From Paramoeba atlantica (lineage: Eukaryota; Protista; Discosea): 64,000 nucleotides of DNA. Positions within the stretch are counted from its first letter, which is position 1; every line of letters begins with the position of its first letter. Shown one piece after another: positions 55,275-64,000 of the stretch. Below the pieces are notes generated by a model. That model was not told the origin of the DNA. It saw only the letters and a list, made by a program, of their open reading frames with translations, and ran no database searches. Location of the stretch: NCBI GenBank assembly GCA_977017575.1, contig CDRNVI010000010.1, forward strand, positions 124,001 through 188,000. The letters run 5' to 3'. The translations under genes were made by a program, and so were the position numbers.

Positions 55275-58253
55275 CTATTCACCCCTCTCCGATACGTTTG
55301 GCACCCTTGGGAGTGTCCTCTTCCCAAGCAATTGGTAGTACTCATCCAAGTACGGCTTGTTGCGTGGATCGCGAATGTTAATTTTAGAACCCGGAAGTTT
55401 CCAGAACGGGTAGTTGGTGTAAATCCTTCGTCTCGCTCGCATACGAAGCGTTCGGCTTTTTGCTTCCTCAATGATTTTTCCATGGTTGCGCAGATCACGA
55501 CGAATACGCTCATCGACAGGCTTGCGTACCTTTTGTTTTTCTAAACTCGAAGTATCACTAGAGGGCTGAGCTTTGACGCGTTCTTTTCCTCGTTGGTTTA
55601 ATTTTCCTCTTCGCGGAACCTGAGCAGGAATATCAGTGGGAGAAGAAAAATTCGAAATGGAAACTGATCCTTCTTCTCCATCTGTGGTTGTTCTATTCAC
55701 TTGTTGAGGAAGCAGAGATTGTAGTCTTGAATTAATATCCCTGGTAGAAGACCCCGCATTCAAAATTTCAAGGTCTATCCCATTTTCGGCATTTGTTGCC
55801 TCTCCTCTATTTGAGCCCTCCTCTGTAGTGTACTCCGTGTCTGGCTGTAAAAGGAATACACGCAAATTTGACTGTGTCGCTTTGTCGGCTAATTTGTCAT
55901 CTAGGGTCAAAAGACTTGGGGAATCCATTGTGTGCTTTTCCTCCGTGTGTGAAAATAACTGAAGATGACATAACGTAAACACCTGAGCGATCAACATGAT
56001 TCTGTCATCATCATCCGAAAGCGAACGGTTGGGAAGAAGAAGGGAAAATAAGTTCTCTTTTTTCTCAAGATGATTTTCATCGGTTTGTGTTCTTGTTGTT
56101 CCGTAGGAACGAAAAAGTAACTCCTCCGTGGGATGCAACAAACGAACAACTCTATTGTTTGCAACACAGCTTTTTGAGGTTTGAACTTCGATTTTAAAAT
56201 CATGCTGAATACAACGAAGTAACAACGTAATCGAATCTCGGATGTGGACCGCATCACTCGATTGTACAGTTTGTTGTAACGTAAGGCAAGCCTCCCGAAG
56301 AGCCACAAAAGGAATATATAACAAACAAGATTTATTAGTTTCCTCTGTTTCGTTTGCTAAGTTATTTAGCCACTGATCGACCCGTGTAAAATGCTCAACG
56401 GCAGAGGCGTCTAAAATGTAAATACGGCTAGAGAAGTCTTGCAAAATGCGCTGCAGGTCGGTAAATTGGCTAAGTAGAGGATATGAGGGATTAAGTGCGT
56501 AACAACAACTTGCCGGGTCTCGGGGAGACACATTGGAGCATACCGTGTTGACAATAATCTCATCGAATTCAGGAAAGGTTTGGGTAAGGTAAAGAAATAA
56601 CGAGTGCGCAACTTCAGGGTTGGTTTCGCGATCAATTGTTTCGTACACCGTATCGGCGAAAGCAAGATCCACAGCGATGAGAGGGTCTGTGGAAGTTGTA
56701 TTGGATATCTCTAGCCTATCGGGCGTGCTCCCTACTCTTTTTTCGTCCTTTTCATCAAAAGACTGCATCCGATTCCTTTCCGTCGCGTCTGTTGCTTCCA
56801 AATTTTCATTATCCGCGTTGATCGGCTGTTCCGCTTTACGCTCTTGATGTAACCGTTCAAGCTCCTTTTGCTGATATTGCAGCGCATTCACAGCGTTTTC
56901 TGTCGGATTACGCTGCAAATAGCGTTTCACCATACGAGAGTAACACGCATGGAGGTTGGCCCACTCCTTCTTTTCCCAATATTTAACATACAACATTTTC
57001 CATGCCACACGACCGAGAGTACTTTCTCCGGAAACGCAACCCAATATCTCACCCAATGTTGTGGGATAGATTTCTATCTCGAGCGCCTGGACCTTTTGTA
57101 AAAGTTTCCACGCGGTTTCTATTTTATCCCCATCACAAAGAATTTTAACGTACGCATCATAGTGATCCGCGCCAAACGCATTTCCTCTATTGTTCCCCCT
57201 TTCCTTAGTGTGTCGGAGCCAATCACTCAGCAAATGCGTAGCCTCCTTCACCAAAGGCTTTTCCGGGGTGGAGAGATACGCCAGACGACCCAGCGCACGT
57301 AAATATACCCCATAGGGGTCTTTTCCCCCTTGATCTGGACCACATAACACTTGGACGATCTCCCCCACCTCCGAGGCCGTTTCCGCCCACCCCAGGGCCG
57401 CAAACGCGTGTTTTGGGAGTATTCGCCTCCAGTTCTTCTCCGGGAATAACTCACACACCACAGGGTCGCTGATATCGCCCCCTAGAACCTCCAAATGCCA
57501 ATCCAACCACTCCAGAGCTTTGCCTCTCTCATGGACCGCACAGAGCAATCGGATATACGCCGCAACCACCAGCGAGTTATGCAAAATTTCGTTCCGATGC
57601 TGAAAAACCGAAAACGAGTCCTCCAGAAAAGTACCCGAAAGCGGGGAACACGAAACGGTACGCTCGAGCGCGAGAAACAGCGTGCGGTAAAACACCGGAT
57701 CCTCCAGCAGCGCGGCACTCACCGCCACAACACTCGGGCTATGCTGTCCTTGCGGGGCAGCTGTTTTCGTAAACACCAACTCCAGCCCTGCCGTGTCCCC
57801 AACGCTTTTTAACACTTTTAAATAGGTTAACACGACCCCGCGTGAAAAAGTGTGTCGGTGGAGCAAATTCCGATAAAGCGCATGAATTTTCGGGATCATT
57901 TTATCCATTCTTTCGGTTTCATTTCCCTCTACGGTTTGCTGCACCCACTGTTTGGTCCATTTCAGCAGCTCCACCGCTCGACACGGGGGGAGACGGAAAT
58001 GGGACTGCGTGAGTAGCTCGAGCAGTACCCAGGGCGGGGTGTTCCAGCACTCACAGGCGGGAATCAGCGCAGCGCGCAGCGGGGCATCGAGAGCGTATTG
58101 CTTTAACGCTTTCGGAACCGTTGGGGTCGCAAAGGAGGCGTTTGCGGGGGTGAGCGCGCGAATCGCGGGAGCGTTTTTTACGGGACAAAGAGGAGATGAC
58201 GGGGAGGAGACACAGGGGAGACAACGTAGAAAGGGTGTACGGAAACGCGACAC
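55275..58253 (-). CDS. Probably mitochondrial helical-repeat protein with a PIN-like nuclease domain
   Basis: 992 aa; presequence-like MSRFRTPFLRCL; PPR-like helices; PIN-type acidic motifs YILDAS, YIPFVALRE, DDDDRIM, LLTLDDKL. Confidence 0.7.
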   Translation of the reverse strand: MSRFRTPFLRCLPCVSSPSSPLCPVKNAPAIRALTPANASFATPTVPKALKQYALDAPLRAALIPACECWNTPPWVLLELLTQSHFRLPPCRAVELLKWTKQWVQQTVEGNETERMDKMIPKIHALYRNLLHRHTFSRGVVLTYLKVLKSVGDTAGLELVFTKTAAPQGQHSPSVVAVSAALLEDPVFYRTLFLALERTVSCSPLSGTFLEDSFSVFQHRNEILHNSLVVAAYIRLLCAVHERGKALEWLDWHLEVLGGDISDPVVCELFPEKNWRRILPKHAFAALGWAETASEVGEIVQVLCGPDQGGKDPYGVYLRALGRLAYLSTPEKPLVKEATHLLSDWLRHTKERGNNRGNAFGADHYDAYVKILCDGDKIETAWKLLQKVQALEIEIYPTTLGEILGCVSGESTLGRVAWKMLYVKYWEKKEWANLHACYSRMVKRYLQRNPTENAVNALQYQQKELERLHQERKAEQPINADNENLEATDATERNRMQSFDEKDEKRVGSTPDRLEISNTTSTDPLIAVDLAFADTVYETIDRETNPEVAHSLFLYLTQTFPEFDEIIVNTVCSNVSPRDPASCCYALNPSYPLLSQFTDLQRILQDFSSRIYILDASAVEHFTRVDQWLNNLANETEETNKSCLLYIPFVALREACLTLQQTVQSSDAVHIRDSITLLLRCIQHDFKIEVQTSKSCVANNRVVRLLHPTEELLFRSYGTTRTQTDENHLEKKENLFSLLLPNRSLSDDDDRIMLIAQVFTLCHLQLFSHTEEKHTMDSPSLLTLDDKLADKATQSNLRVFLLQPDTEYTTEEGSNRGEATNAENGIDLEILNAGSSTRDINSRLQSLLPQQVNRTTTDGEEGSVSISNFSSPTDIPAQVPRRGKLNQRGKERVKAQPSSDTSSLEKQKVRKPVDERIRRDLRNHGKIIEEAKSRTLRMRARRRIYTNYPFWKLPGSKINIRDPRNKPYLDEYYQLLGKRTLPRVPNVSERGE

Positions 58254-58595
58254 GGTGGGGGAAGGGAAGGGAGGGGGTTTAAGGTTGTGGAGTACAGATT
58301 TGTGTGATAAAAGTAAGCCGGTTCAGCGTCATGTTGAAGAGGGGAGCAAGTAAACGTTTTTTCTACAAGAATTTTTGATGTAAAATAGTGTTTTTGCGAT
58401 CAAAGGATCATTTCTATGCTTTTGAAATTTATACCACATATCTTTCTTAGACGATTTAATCCACCGAAATAAACGGTTTCAACTCTCCTCAATTTAAAGG
58501 ACTTCATCGTCTCCTTTACCACTCACCTCCACTTTTTACTTTTACGCAACACCTCTTTGCTTATCTTCCTGTCTTTTTCCCTCCATTACCTCTAC

Positions 58596-59060
58596 CTACT
58601 TCCGACGTGCCAGCACACCCTGGACCCTCCCATGGCGTCCGGAGGTCTTCGTGTGCTGCCCCCGCACCCTGTGGCCATAGTAATGCCGAATCCCACGATG
58701 CGCGCGGATCTTCTTCAGACGCTCCAAATCCTCTCGGATTTTGTTATCCCAGCTCACCGAGGTGCAGTGCTCGGAGTTCCCCGTGGTACGGTCCTTTTTA
58801 CGGTTCAGCATCCATTCCGGGATGTTAAACTTTTGAGGGGACGCGATCACCTCCGCGATACGCTCCAGCTCTACCGGGGTGAGAGTCCCGGCCCGACGGT
58901 TAGGGTCAATTCCAGCCTTTTTGGTCACCACCAGAGCCATGCGAACCCCAATGCCTTTGACCATACGAAGCGCGTAGGGAATTTTACGTTTCCCGTCCAA
59001 ATTGGTGTTGGACATTCGGATAATGTGCGTGAATTCGGGAGGGGCGACAGAGAGGGACAT
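58596..59060 (-). CDS. RPS18: 40S ribosomal protein S18 (uS13)
   Basis: From ATG 59060: FTHIIRMSNTNLDGKRK...IRAHRGIRHYYGHRVRGQHTKTSGR. Confidence 0.97.
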   Translation of the reverse strand: MSLSVAPPEFTHIIRMSNTNLDGKRKIPYALRMVKGIGVRMALVVTKKAGIDPNRRAGTLTPVELERIAEVIASPQKFNIPEWMLNRKKDRTTGNSEHCTSVSWDNKIREDLERLKKIRAHRGIRHYYGHRVRGQHTKTSGRHGRVQGVLARRK

Positions 59061-59351
59061 TGGGGGAGGGAATAAAACGGGTTGAAAAGGATAAAAAAGG
59101 GTTTGGAAAATAGAGAAAGATGTGAGGAAGGCTCGAAAATGTAATGGAAATACCCAAAACAGATCCTTTTTTGAACCAAACTTTGAAATCAAAAGCCATT
59201 CCTTCAAGTCTTTCATCCGAACTGAACTTCGATACCTTCTATTCCCACCTTCTTTTCTTCCTTAAAACCTTCTTTTCCTCAAAAAAACACTTTCACACTT
59301 TCTCCTCACCCCAAAAGAACCCCCCTTTCCCCTCTTTCCCTCCCCTCTCCC

Positions 59352-59837
59352 CTACAAACACCGCGCGCGTACAAAATTATACGGCACCGGGGCCACCCTC
59401 ACCGCCTTTCTTTTACTCTTCACCACCCCTGCCACCACCCCCCCTCCCGGCTGCCGTTTCATCCCCCCCCTCCCCTTCCCCCCCTCCTTTCTCAGCTTCG
59501 CCAGCTCCCCCATCCGTGCCGCGTGGGCCTCGGCGCAGCGCGAGAGCCGCACGTGCTCGACGCGGACGCAGATGCGTTTCCGCAGCACGCGGCTGCCGAC
59601 GCGCTTGTTCACCACGACCCCAAACCCCCGGGGGGTGACGTTCCACACGACCCCGGTCTTCCCGTGGTAGAACTTGTGCGGCATCCCCTCCCGGATGGAG
59701 GGGTCCGCGACGACGTCGACGTAGTCCCCGATTTTAATCGGGGTGAGAGAGGGGCGGATCCCGGGCACCCCGTGCCGGCGAAACTTTTTCGCAAACAGGG
59801 TGCGGGTGCCGTGGCGCAGTCCCCAGGAGTGTACCAT
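59352..59837 (-). CDS. RPL21: 60S ribosomal protein L21 (eL21)
   Basis: From ATG 59837: GLRHGTRTLF, IGDYVD, GMPHKFYHGKTG, RVEHVRLSRC. Confidence 0.97.
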   Translation of the reverse strand: MVHSWGLRHGTRTLFAKKFRRHGVPGIRPSLTPIKIGDYVDVVADPSIREGMPHKFYHGKTGVVWNVTPRGFGVVVNKRVGSRVLRKRICVRVEHVRLSRCAEAHAARMGELAKLRKEGGKGRGGMKRQPGGGVVAGVVKSKRKAVRVAPVPYNFVRARCL

Positions 59838-60000
59838 GGTGGGGGGTGGGTGGGGAGGAAAAGGTTGAGGAGAAACAAAAAGAAGACTTCGGAAGGAATA
59901 AAAAAGTGGTGGAGGGAGAGAAAGGGAAAAGCGTACTTGGGAATACACAGAGGAAAAAAAGTAAAGAGGTAAAAAAAATAGGAGAAAAGTAGTGGTCAAA
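59838..60000 (-). promoter_or_regulatory. Polypyrimidine-rich 5' flank of RPL21, probable trans-splicing signal region
   Basis: Near-pure purine runs on + (pyrimidine on the sense strand) with candidate AG acceptors; similar tracts precede the genes starting at 28777, 37559 and 59060. Confidence 0.5.
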
Positions 60001-61390
60001 TTTTTAATTTTGTGAAAACAAATCCCGAAAAAAAAGTAGTTTGTAAAAAGCTTCCCCCTGGCCCAGTTAGCGCACGCCCCTACGGTACCCGTTTAGCACC
60101 GCGGCGTGCGCTAAAAACTTCTTGGTCATCGTAAATACGTTGTAAGGGTCTTCCACAATGTCTCCCTCTTCACACACTCTTATAAAGTGTTGTTGTTACT
60201 CCAGGGGCGACCCGGGATAGGACCTATCTGGTATCGGAGGAAGATTCTCGTCCCCACCGAGAATAGGAGCAGGTGGGTTTCCCTCATGGTGCCCTCGTCG
60301 GGGTTCCCACACGGTCCACACGTAAACCTGTACGGACGCGCCGGATAAGCTCTCTCTCTGGCCGCCTCCCGACGGGCCGGGAACCAAAATCCTCTTTTTT
60401 TGAGGAGGGGGGGCACTCAGCTCACCAGCGGGACGATCCTGGAAGACAAGAGCGCTCTTCAGTGTCCCGCACGTACATTGTACGTGGCCAGCGTCTGTGA
60501 ATCCTTCCTCGACAAATCAGTAGAGGGAAAAGTAGCGCCAGCGTGGAACCCCCGCTCCTTCTCCTCCTCTTCGTTTCCTCTTATTCCCCGAGGATAAACT
60601 GTCTCAACGACAGTTGGCTCGCGAATGGCGTATGCGAGCACATCTAGAGGGGTTGGAAACCTCTGAACGGACTCCCAGCCCAGCTAACGGTTCCCCCATG
60701 TCGGCACTCAAGCGCGCGGAGGAGTTGGCAAGCCTTGAGGCTCCACTCGACCCCCCTCTGTGAATGAAACCTTTTACGTATGGCCTCGTAAGGCATATAA
60801 ACAAGCTCGTATTATTGGATACTAAACGGAGTTTTCCATAAACATCTCAATCACTTTACAAAGGGTTATCTGCGCAACTCGATCCCCAGGAAATTTTTCC
60901 CATCATGCCGTGTGAACTAATTGGCTGCCCCTTCTGGTGTGTTCCCTTAGACTATGTTTTCTAATCTTCTTGATCCTGACTCATCGTCACCACCTACCAT
61001 CAAATCTTCAGCATTGCTAATGTCACCTAAATTAGGTGACCTAATAGCTGTCTTGGCCCTTTACATCTCTTGCAAGACCCAAAGTTCATTAAAGCTGATG
61101 ACACAATTAATTTAATGGACAAGTTTGATACTCGCACAACGTATTTCATCAAGGAGCGAGAGAAAGGACGTGCACGTTGCCCTGTTATGACCACCCCGGG
61201 TTCCCGTGCTGCATATATGACTTGTGAACGATTCTTTTGTGCTGCAACTAACCACACTGCATATTCCTACTACATTGGGCGAAGTGACCCACCTTATTTA
61301 GGGGCATTATTGACGAAACGACTTCACCCGACGGGGACGCCCTACAAAACAGGCAAATATCTGTACGAGTAAGGACCACCCCTTACCTCC

Positions 61391-61815
61391 TTGCCTCCCT
61401 CAATGAGGGAGCTACTTTCTAAGCCCGGAGCCCCGGCAGGGCGCCACCCATCTTATCGCCCCATCGCGATGTGGGAGTGTTTCCTCAAGGTGGCAGGACG
61501 ACTTGCCCTGGAGAAACTGAGAGAATACGCCTGCCTCCTTTTCTCCAACGGCTGCAACTCGGAACTCAATACACCCAAGGGTGTGAACACACCATCTGTA
61601 GTGTCCGACATCACTTTAGGGTCAAGCCGGATGAAGTCATAGTGGCAGCTGATTTCGAGAATGCCTTCAACAGCATCTCGAGGTCAGCCATATTCAGGGC
61701 CCTAAAGGGAGACCCGAAGCTACTTTCCCTCGAGAGTATTACTTTCTTCCTCTCATGGAGTTCTACAAATATATTTTATAGCAAAGATGTAAATTTATAT
61801 TTTGTCCCCCCCTAG
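61391..61815 (+). mobile_element. CRE/SLACS/CZAR-type reverse transcriptase fragment (frameshifted, truncated)
   Basis: SYRPIAMWECFLKVAGRLAL; after a frameshift LGTQYTQGCEHTICSVR and AADFENAFNSISRSAI. Confidence 0.85.
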
Positions 61816-61863
61816 TCCTTTGTCACTACTTCTTTTCGTACGGTGTAATACACTGTATGCGCT

Positions 61864-62470
61864 AAATTTCAGAGTGGAAGATTCACGTTTTTCATCATAC
61901 TGCTATACCTTGGTACAGAAACACGGACCAATGATGTTCTTCATCAGGTAGAGCAAGAATTATTGTCCAGGTGGAAGCTACTAGAATAATGTTAGTCCTG
62001 GGGACATTTTCGTTTCCTACGCGTTTTAAAGGAAATGATAAGATGATACTTGCAAACTATCTATTTCGCGCTAGGTATGTATGTCTATATATCTACGCGC
62101 TAGGTGTGTAAATTTCAGAAAAGTGAAAGTTTCACGCTTTTCATCATACTGCTATTTTAATGCAGAAACACGGACCAATGACGTTCTTCATCAGGTAGAA
62201 TAAGAATTATTGTCCAGGTGGAGACTACGAGAATAATGTTAGTCCTGAGAAAATTTCGTTCCACAAAAGCCTAAGCACTCTAAAGGAAAAGATAAGATAA
62301 TACTTTCGTTTCCTACGCGCTCTAAAGGAAATGATAAGATGATACTTGCAACTATCTACTTCATATGCGCTAGGTGTGTAAATTTCAGAAAAGTGAAAGT
62401 TTCACGCTTTTCATCATACTGCTCTTTTAATGCAGAAACACGGACCAATGACGTTCTTCATCAGGTAGAA
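61864..62470. repeat. Degenerate tandem repeat, ~246-270-bp unit, about 2.4 copies
   Basis: aaatttcag...ttttcatcatactgct...cagaaacacggaccaatga(t/c)gttcttcatcaggtaga at 61864, 62110 and 62380. Confidence 0.88.
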
Positions 62471-62513
62471 TACTGTGAGGAGTAAAAGATCTATAGTGCA
62501 GTGAAACACTGTA

Positions 62514-62646
62514 CTCCCCCTCTCATTAATTTTTAATAATATAAATTATAACAAAAATGAAAATTTATACTATCCCCCCTATTTAATAGGGCTACGTGTC
62601 ACCCCCCCCTATAATAGGGCCATTTTTGTCTGGAAGGCCAAAAAAG
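62514..62646. mobile_element. Nested termini: family A left end interrupted at a TA by a family B left end (62570)
   Basis: TA|CTCCCCCTCTCATTAATTTT..., then TA|CTATCCCCCCTATTTAATAGGGCTACGTG...GAAGGCCAAAAAAG matching 13971 onward. Confidence 0.8.
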
Positions 62647-63824
62647 ATTGGTAATAATAATAAATGCCGGTAAGGTGGAATCTCCCAGTTTTGTTCGGAT
62701 TTCTGTTAATACCCCCTTGAAACCCTGAGTCCATTTTTTAGAAGACTCTGCATCTTGAAAATACGACGCTGCACGATGATCTTGTATGATGCGCTTGTTA
62801 TGTTCTTTGTGAGGAACTTTGGCATGCACACCATCCGTCACCCCCCTCCACAAGAAATGCGCGCGGTGAAGTACACCATCAGCAGATACAAGTATTGTTG
62901 ATGTAAATCCGAGACGCGTCCCTGCAAGCTGTATTGGCTTTCCCTTTGATGCACGTACCCATGTCCATTCGCGGTTTGTTTCATCCAGCTTACAGAAAAA
63001 TTCATCCATGTTAAATACGAGTTCTGGGAGAATGTGGGAATTTTATCTCATCATAAAAGGACAAACCAGCCTTCTTCACTGCAGGAGGGGAAACCCATGT
63101 CTCTGCCGACGCGGCGAGCGTGATTATGGCCCGGAGCGTTATCCATGATCACTGTTGCCGCTGGTTTACGCTTTAACCAGTTGTAGAAACCATTTCGTTT
63201 TGTCATGGCAGAGAGAAACGTTTCATTAGTGACCGTCTCATTCTCCGCAAACTCATGAAAACAGTGAACCTTGGGAACCCCCCATTTTCTTCATCTACAA
63301 TAGATTCTAACATTATTCGAAACTCTTCATTATCAATCGCATTCTTACGTATGTATTTTATACGTTCTAACCCTCCTGTCTCCCGGTGGCGTTTAACCCA
63401 TCGAGAGACAGTTGCTTCACTGCATTTCATAAGAGCAGCAGTGTCTGTAATCGAACGTCCCTGGTTTTGTACCTCATGGACGCAAATTACACGTGTTTCA
63501 TGAGTGATTTGTTGCGTCGAGAGGGTGCGCCTCTGGCGGCGAAGTGTTTTCGGCATAAAAGATGTGTTAGAAAGAGTTAAGTGGTATTTTATTCATAGAT
63601 TAATGCGCTAAAATGATAAAAAATGATAAAAATCCGATTTTTTGCAGAATTTTCGGGTAAAAAATTCAGTAAAATTTTATCATGACGTCATATCAGCTTC
63701 AGGAGCGGCAACAATGGTGCCAGTAGTCTTAAAATTTCGAGATCTGTTGAATGCCGAAGGAATTAGGTCAAAAGCTCGCGCGGTACAAATTTTAGACCCC
63801 CCACCTTTTTCGTGACCCCCCCTG
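62599..63824 (-). mobile_element. Broken pogo/IS630-like DDE transposase with a family C-like terminus upstream
   Basis: HTH ORF 63203..63556 (GRSITDTAALMKCSEATVSRWVKR); DDE ORF 62599..63009 (LDET...FTSTILVSADG...LWRG); terminus TACAAATTTTAGACCCCCCA...CCCCCCCTG|TA at 63784-63826. Confidence 0.7.
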
Positions 63825-64000
63825 TAAAGAAGTACTGCTCTATTTGCGACAGAGAGACGTTGTTCAGCGTTCGCTCCAATTCTTCCTGTCTGGATTGCTC
63901 TTCACGAGGTGATAGTATAACATTATTTTTAGAAGCCTGCCAACATTGTGCTGAAAATTGTGTCCCTGTTGGGAAGAATCTACAATGTATGCTCACAGTG

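Noticed and set aside
60120-60810. Broken ORFs that might be ORF1 of a retroelement
   Set aside because: Multiple stops and no recognisable domain; left unannotated.
61070-61372. TPGS...CERFFCAA resembling the hAT dimerisation motif
   Set aside because: Spacing is off and no other hAT motif is present; too weak to call.

Overview
Eukaryotic, apparently kinetoplastid DNA (inference). About 25 intronless host genes all lie on the minus strand as one directional cluster, with pyrimidine-rich 5' flanks and a stand-alone topoisomerase IB small subunit, a split typical of kinetoplastids. The transposon content suggests a non-trypanosomatid lineage (Perkinsela/bodonid-like). Bases 1-8586 hold the 5' part of a giant minus-strand gene missed by the ORF track: a zinc-ribbon N-terminus followed by about 48 tandem ~51-aa repeats with an FSFDDDEDDDF core. 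Recognisable genes include an aprataxin-like protein, RUVBL1, an SLC9B-type Na+/H+ antiporter, an LRR protein, a PILS-type carrier, BRX1, an LSm/Naa38-like protein, a CTL/SLC44 transporter, SF3A1/Prp21, V-ATPase subunit c, TRM2, a NEK kinase, the TOP1B small subunit, RPS18 and RPL21. Two degenerate transposon islands (~37.8-48.6 kb and ~60.1-64 kb) contain two Merlin/IS1595-type transposases, a Tc1 DD34E remnant, pogo/IS630-like remnants, a tyrosine-recombinase remnant, a CRE/SLACS-type RT fragment and a non-LTR remnant carrying both AP-endonuclease and RLE domains. Three TA-flanked MITE families are also present. All family assignments come from motif recognition by eye; no searches were run.
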